A stretch of 64,000 bases of DNA from a virus: the IMG/VR virus record IMGVR_UViG_2838114448_000001; one strand, written 5' to 3'. Under the pieces are notes generated by a model. That model saw nothing but the letters and a program-made list of their open reading frames with translations, searched no databases and was not told the DNA's origin. Made by a program: the position numbers and the translations under genes. Positions 59,448 to 64,000 of the stretch are shown here, one piece after another. Numbering within the stretch: the first letter of the stretch is position 1; each line of letters opens with the position of its first letter.

Positions 59448-59831
59448 TCAATCCTCTTCGATGAAGCTCACGCCGTCGTTGTCGACCGGCCGCGCGGTTC
59501 CTACCAGTCGACCGCCTTTCGACAACATCGAAGCACGCTGAACCGGGACCGCAGATGCCTGTGATTCCGCCATGGGCTTTGGTTCAGCCAGACAATCCAG
59601 CGAGGCGTCGTTCGCGCGGAAGACATCCTTGACGCGCGACGTGCCGGCGACAAACATCCGGGTCTCCACGTCGCCCATGCGCTCGCGCAGGAAGAACACC
59701 GCGCGCCGCACGCTGTCCTCGCCCAACGTCGCAGCGTGACGCTCGCTGTGCTCGGCCAGGCGGTCGAGGCTGGAGGCGAGCGTGTTGACCAACTCTTCCA
59801 GCCGACCTGTTGGGTCGATTTGCTTAGTCAT
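59448..59831 (-). CDS. Hypothetical protein
   Basis: Coupled ORF. Confidence 0.55.
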   Translation of the reverse strand: MTKQIDPTGRLEELVNTLASSLDRLAEHSERHAATLGEDSVRRAVFFLRERMGDVETRMFVAGTSRVKDVFRANDASLDCLAEPKPMAESQASAVPVQRASMLSKGGRLVGTARPVDNDGVSFIEED

Positions 59832-60781
59832 GCCGCCTCCTTCTGCGCGTTTTCGAACGGCTCCAAAAAGCCGTCGAGATCCTTTAGAATGGATTGGAAA
59901 GCAAAGGCGCCGCAGAACTCCGTGAACGCATCGCGATCCGGCGCGCCCTTGATGACGCGCAGTCCAACGATGCTCGGCCGCGCCGATGTGCGCAGGTCAA
60001 CCAAGGTTTTGTTGCGCTCGAAGATGCTCTGGCCCGGCAGCGTCTCATCGGCGAAGTCGCGGAACGCCTTCGGCAACTTCTCGTCCTTGAGCGAGCCGTC
60101 CATCCAGGCGTTGAGAAAGCCACCAACAGATCCGAACCGCTCCAGCAGATCGCGCGCCTTCTTGGCGCCGATGCCGCCGACGCCGGAACCGGGACCGAGA
60201 TCGCCCGGCTCACCAATGAGGCATTTTTCTTCGACGAACTGGCGCGTGTTGACGAGGCCGGTGTGTTCGTTGAACGTACCGGCCGTGATTATCTTGCCGC
60301 GAATGGGGTCGAACCACGCGACCTTGTTGCCGACGAGTTGGAGCCAATCCTTGTCGCCGGAGATCAGCAGAATGCGCTTGCCCTGTTTGCGATAGCGGTC
60401 GGTCAGGATGGCAGCCAGATCGTCCGCCTCCATGTTCGCCGCAATCACCTGGTCCACGCCCATCAGGCTAAGACCGCGCATGATGTCCTTCTTCTGCGCC
60501 TTGTAGCTGTCGCGAGCGGCGCGCTGCGCCTTCTCGTGCGCGGTCACGGCCGGCTTGCTGCGATGCGCCTTGTACTCAGGATAGACCGTGTGGCGCCAAC
60601 CCTTGCCGTCCCACAGGACGATCAGGCGCCGCGTGGCGCCGTACTGTGCGGCGAACTGCCGCACCGATCGGATGACGCCGAAGATCGCCGTCGTATCGCT
60701 GCCGCCGGCCGACAGCTTGTGCGACGTTTGTGCCGCGAACCCGATCGAATTGCCGTCGATCAGGACATACCCGTCCGACAT
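59828..60781 (-). CDS. 5'-3' exonuclease / flap endonuclease (T4 RNase H-like)
   Basis: LIDGNS, YPEYKA.R, EADD, SGDKD and GVGGIG.K motifs. Confidence 0.92.
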   Translation of the reverse strand: MSDGYVLIDGNSIGFAAQTSHKLSAGGSDTTAIFGVIRSVRQFAAQYGATRRLIVLWDGKGWRHTVYPEYKAHRSKPAVTAHEKAQRAARDSYKAQKKDIMRGLSLMGVDQVIAANMEADDLAAILTDRYRKQGKRILLISGDKDWLQLVGNKVAWFDPIRGKIITAGTFNEHTGLVNTRQFVEEKCLIGEPGDLGPGSGVGGIGAKKARDLLERFGSVGGFLNAWMDGSLKDEKLPKAFRDFADETLPGQSIFERNKTLVDLRTSARPSIVGLRVIKGAPDRDAFTEFCGAFAFQSILKDLDGFLEPFENAQKEAA

Positions 60782-60851
60782 GATACCCTCCATACTGCGG
60801 AGACAAAGAGGACGGCATCGCTGAGCAACACCGTCCTCTTTGCGTCGAAGG

Positions 60852-61757
60852 TTAGTCGTCGAGAGCGGCGAGAATGTCTGCCATGTCGTCGTCCATGTCG
60901 AACGGCGCGTCATCGGTATCTTCGGGCGGAGTGGCCTTCGGAGTGGCCTTCGGCGTGGCCTTCGGCGTACCCGCGCCCTTCGGAGCCGGTGCCGGTGCCG
61001 GTTCGTCGACCTCGATGTCGCCCTCGGCGTCGACGATCTTGCCCGGGCCGGTCAGCATGGTCTTGCTGGCATAGCCCACGACCGGCACGCCAGACATCTC
61101 CTGGATCGCATTGAGCGCCTTGGTCTCCTTGTTGAAGAACTCGTTCTTCACCAGCTCGCCCAGGTCGACCACCTTATCCATGACGCCCTTCGGCACCGGC
61201 GTTGACTTGCGCGAGGCCATGACGGTGTACTTGGTGTCGAGGCCCTTGCCGGTGCGTTCAATCACCAGGTCGATGCCGTTCTCCAGATCGGTGCTGTCGA
61301 AGCCGTCTTCGTCCGCGTACTCCTCCATCATGGAAGCGATGGCAGAGAAGGTGGTGGAAGTCAGACTGAGAACGACCGGATCGTCGGAGGCGTCGGCGCC
61401 GTCACGAATGAGCGCGTTGACCAGGACCTCCTTGCGCGCCTTGCACTCCTTCAGGACCGCAACCTGATCGTCGTCGGACGTCGCGGTCAGAGCCCGATCG
61501 AGCGCGACGCAGACCGGACACGGCGTCTCGTAGGTGTGGTCGTGACAGCCGGTGACGGCGAGGGGCTTGCCGTCCTTCTCGGCCTTGACCCAATGGAGGC
61601 CAAGGTCGTGCCAGAAGGGCTTTTCGGGATTGGGGTTCGGAAGGATGCGAACCTTCGTCTTGCCTTCCTTGATCTTCTTGGTCGGCGTGTAGCCGCCGCG
61701 CTGATGTTTCTGCTTGGCAGCCTTCATGCGCTCAAGAAGTGCGGGACTCATAGCCAT
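60852..61757 (-). CDS. Single-stranded DNA-binding protein (gp32-like)
   Basis: RILP, H..C..CPVC, G.D..I.R.GKG..T.Y and acidic tail. Confidence 0.75.
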   Translation of the reverse strand: MAMSPALLERMKAAKQKHQRGGYTPTKKIKEGKTKVRILPNPNPEKPFWHDLGLHWVKAEKDGKPLAVTGCHDHTYETPCPVCVALDRALTATSDDDQVAVLKECKARKEVLVNALIRDGADASDDPVVLSLTSTTFSAIASMMEEYADEDGFDSTDLENGIDLVIERTGKGLDTKYTVMASRKSTPVPKGVMDKVVDLGELVKNEFFNKETKALNAIQEMSGVPVVGYASKTMLTGPGKIVDAEGDIEVDEPAPAPAPKGAGTPKATPKATPKATPPEDTDDAPFDMDDDMADILAALDD

Positions 61758-62067
61758 GTATCTGTTTTCCTTGACTGCTCGGGACTGTGCCCATCTGTCG
61801 ATCTGCCTGACGTATCAGACGACACTATTATAGCGCATTCGCGTTTGCGTTTTTTCGCTAATTCGCGATTGCGCTAATTTCTCCTACTTGGTCTTGGTTC
61901 GAACGACACGGAGCGCGGCGAGCGGGCCAAGAGTGAAGATCGTCACCACGCCGTCTTCGCCCATGACCGTTTTGAAGCCGATGTACGCCACCGGCTCGCC
62001 GCTCAAGACCCAAGGTGACGCGCCAGCCAGACGTGCGACCAGCGAATGCTCCACCAGATCGAACGCA

Positions 62068-62610
62068 TCACGCCGCTTCCTGGCCCGACGTGCCGGCGGC
62101 CCCGCGCAGTTTTCCAGGCAGCCGGTCGCGCACCGCCTTCTCCTCGGCTGCACGGGCCTCGCCCATTGCGACCCGGATTTCACCCTGCATCTCGGTGCGA
62201 GCCTGGGCTCCGAGCTGAACGAGCATGTCGCGCCGGTGCCGCAGGCTCTCAACGGCGACGTCGGCGAGGCTTTCTTGAAGCCGCGCCTCGCTCAGCATCT
62301 TGGCGAGCTGGACCATCTTCGGATGCGCGGTGATCTGCGCCGTGATGGCGCTTTCGGTAATCTTGCGCCCCTCGTCGGACGCCTGCTCACGGACCTCCTT
62401 GTCGATCTGCGCTTCGGCGAGCTTCTGGAGCTGCTTGACGCGGTCGACCTGATGCGCGGCGCGCCCGGCCTGCACGCCGTAGTGCACCAGCAAGCTGCTC
62501 TGTTCCAAAAACGCATTATTCAGATCAGTGCCATTGATCTGAACGTCCTTGTTGATCTGCTCGGGATCAACGTAAGACTTTACAGCCGCACCTTTTTTCT
62601 CATCCGACAC
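62068..62610 (-). CDS. Coiled-coil replication/recombination protein (possibly UvsY-like)
   Basis: Position between dnaE and ssb; KITESAI..I and HRRDML.QLG segments. Confidence 0.5.
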   Translation of the reverse strand: MSDEKKGAAVKSYVDPEQINKDVQINGTDLNNAFLEQSSLLVHYGVQAGRAAHQVDRVKQLQKLAEAQIDKEVREQASDEGRKITESAITAQITAHPKMVQLAKMLSEARLQESLADVAVESLRHRRDMLVQLGAQARTEMQGEIRVAMGEARAAEEKAVRDRLPGKLRGAAGTSGQEAA

Positions 62611-62688
62611 GATGTATCTCCTCGTGTGTGTTTGACAGTTTCAATATAGCGCATTTGCGATGGGATTACAGTCAAATCTGATTTACCT

Positions 62689-64000
62689 TCACAGAATTTC
62701 TGAAACCTGCGCGAACAGGGTGTCCAAAACCTCCTGTTTGGACGGATCGAACCAGATTTGACCGGGGTTGAAACCGACGATGATATTGGTGTCGGTTTTC
62801 TTGTCGTAGACGACCTTGCCCGCGTGATCGACAACCGCGCCCTTGATGTCGGGCACGAAGCGTCGAACGACGGCGTTGCCCAACAGCAAGATCACCGGCG
62901 GCTTTAGGATCGCGATCTCTTGAGCCAGGATCGGCCAGAACGTCTCGATGTTCTCATGTGGAATGGTCGACCCCGTCTTCGGGCGCTTGAGAAGCCCCGT
63001 CCAATAGGCGTCGTTGCGCGCCAAGCCCGCCTCCGCGAGTGCCGTTGCTATCGACGTGAAACTTTCCGAGTGCGCGAAGGATCCGACGCGCTCCTCGCCG
63101 CTCGTCGGCGCGTCGGTGATGACCATGAACCGCGCGTCACGCCCGAGGTACGGCTTGACCAGGCCCAACCCCTCGTCCTGATACATCTTGACGAGACGAC
63201 CGAGTTGACGGCGGCCGTCGGTGTCGACCGTCATCTCGCGCCGGATCGGCACGATGGCGTTGACCAGCCCCGGCATCAGCTCTTTCTGCCGTGCAATGCG
63301 GTCAGGATGGCGCGCCGCTAGGCTGCCCGGCACGATGTCGGCGAACGCACCCACATCCTCCAGTAACGTGCGGTGCTTGATGTTGCACTTGCGCCGCTCG
63401 ACACGCTCGATCAGATCCTCGACCGAGGTGAACGGACCTGCGGCGCGCGCCTCCAGAATGGCGTTCGTCGTATTGTCCGAGATGCCCTTGATCCGATTGA
63501 ACGGGATTAGCAGCGTCGTGTCGGTCAGGATCTCGAATTTGCCGGACGACTGGTTGATGTTCGGCGGCAGCACCTCAATGCCCAGCCGCTCCGCCTCGCC
63601 CAGCAGTGCCGGCAGCTTGTCCTCCTTCATCAACGACAAACAGGCTGCGATAAACTCAATGGGATAGTTCACCTTCAGCCACATCGACTGATAGGAGATC
63701 AGCGTGTACTCGACCGAGTGGCTGCGGTTGAAACCGTAGCCGGCGAACGCCGCGATCTTGTCGAACAGGGCTCCGGCGTGCGTCTCATCGAAGGTGCCTT
63801 GCGCATCGCAGCCCTCGACGAATTTGTCGCGATACTCCGCCATCAGCTTGGGGTCTTTTTTACCCATTGCCTTGCGGAGCTTGTCGGCTTCGGCCATCGA
63901 GAAGCCAGCCAGGTCCCGGCTGATCTGCATGACCTGCTCCTGATAGACCATCACGCCGTAGGTCTTGTTCAGGGCGTCGGCCATCTTCGGATGCTCGTAC
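62689..64000 (-). CDS. dnaE: DNA polymerase III alpha subunit, C-terminal part, fused to a UDG-like domain (5' end outside the window)
   Basis: TYGVMVYQEQVM, LRKAMGKK, FAGYGFNRSH and LPPNINQS motifs. Confidence 0.93.
   Translation of the reverse strand, partial: YEHPKMADALNKTYGVMVYQEQVMQISRDLAGFSMAEADKLRKAMGKKDPKLMAEYRDKFVEGCDAQGTFDETHAGALFDKIAAFAGYGFNRSHSVEYTLISYQSMWLKVNYPIEFIAACLSLMKEDKLPALLGEAERLGIEVLPPNINQSSGKFEILTDTTLLIPFNRIKGISDNTTNAILEARAAGPFTSVEDLIERVERRKCNIKHRTLLEDVGAFADIVPGSLAARHPDRIARQKELMPGLVNAIVPIRREMTVDTDGRRQLGRLVKMYQDEGLGLVKPYLGRDARFMVITDAPTSGEERVGSFAHSESFTSIATALAEAGLARNDAYWTGLLKRPKTGSTIPHENIETFWPILAQEIAILKPPVILLLGNAVVRRFVPDIKGAVVDHAGKVVYDKKTDTNIIVGFNPGQIWFDPSKQEVLDTLFAQVSEIL

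Noticed and set aside
61884..62071. Small gene between ssb and the coiled-coil gene
   Set aside because: Frame and start could not be resolved

Overview
High-GC segment of a large temperate siphovirus-like phage or phage-plasmid, with a gene repertoire and order reminiscent of SSU5/pHCM2-type elements (inference). Almost all genes are on the - strand. From left to right: tail-tip genes, a truncated tape-measure fusion, capsid/scaffold/portal/terminase, a GNAT + ABC-ATPase + two ParB-like cluster, an SF2 helicase, two RHH regulators, ParA with a small partner, an accessory region of monocistronic units (~19.5-40 kb), RtcB, nucleotide metabolism (dUTPase, ThyX, class II RNR fused to glutaredoxin) and recombination/replication genes (RuvC-like, SbcCD-like, AAA+, RecA, 5'-3' exonuclease, SSB, DnaE fused to a UDG-like domain). 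The non-coding DNA carries four dispersed motif families: an 18-bp palindromic operator (about 26 copies), 8-bp-period TCGC arrays, 11-bp-phased CCNNGG arrays and a long hairpin element. It also carries a candidate ~250-nt structured ncRNA. Six proteins end in a shared WG(L/T/S/A)(W/F) C-terminal tag. A probable deletion of neck and tail genes plus several frameshifts suggest a decaying element or assembly errors. All calls were made by eye, without database searches.
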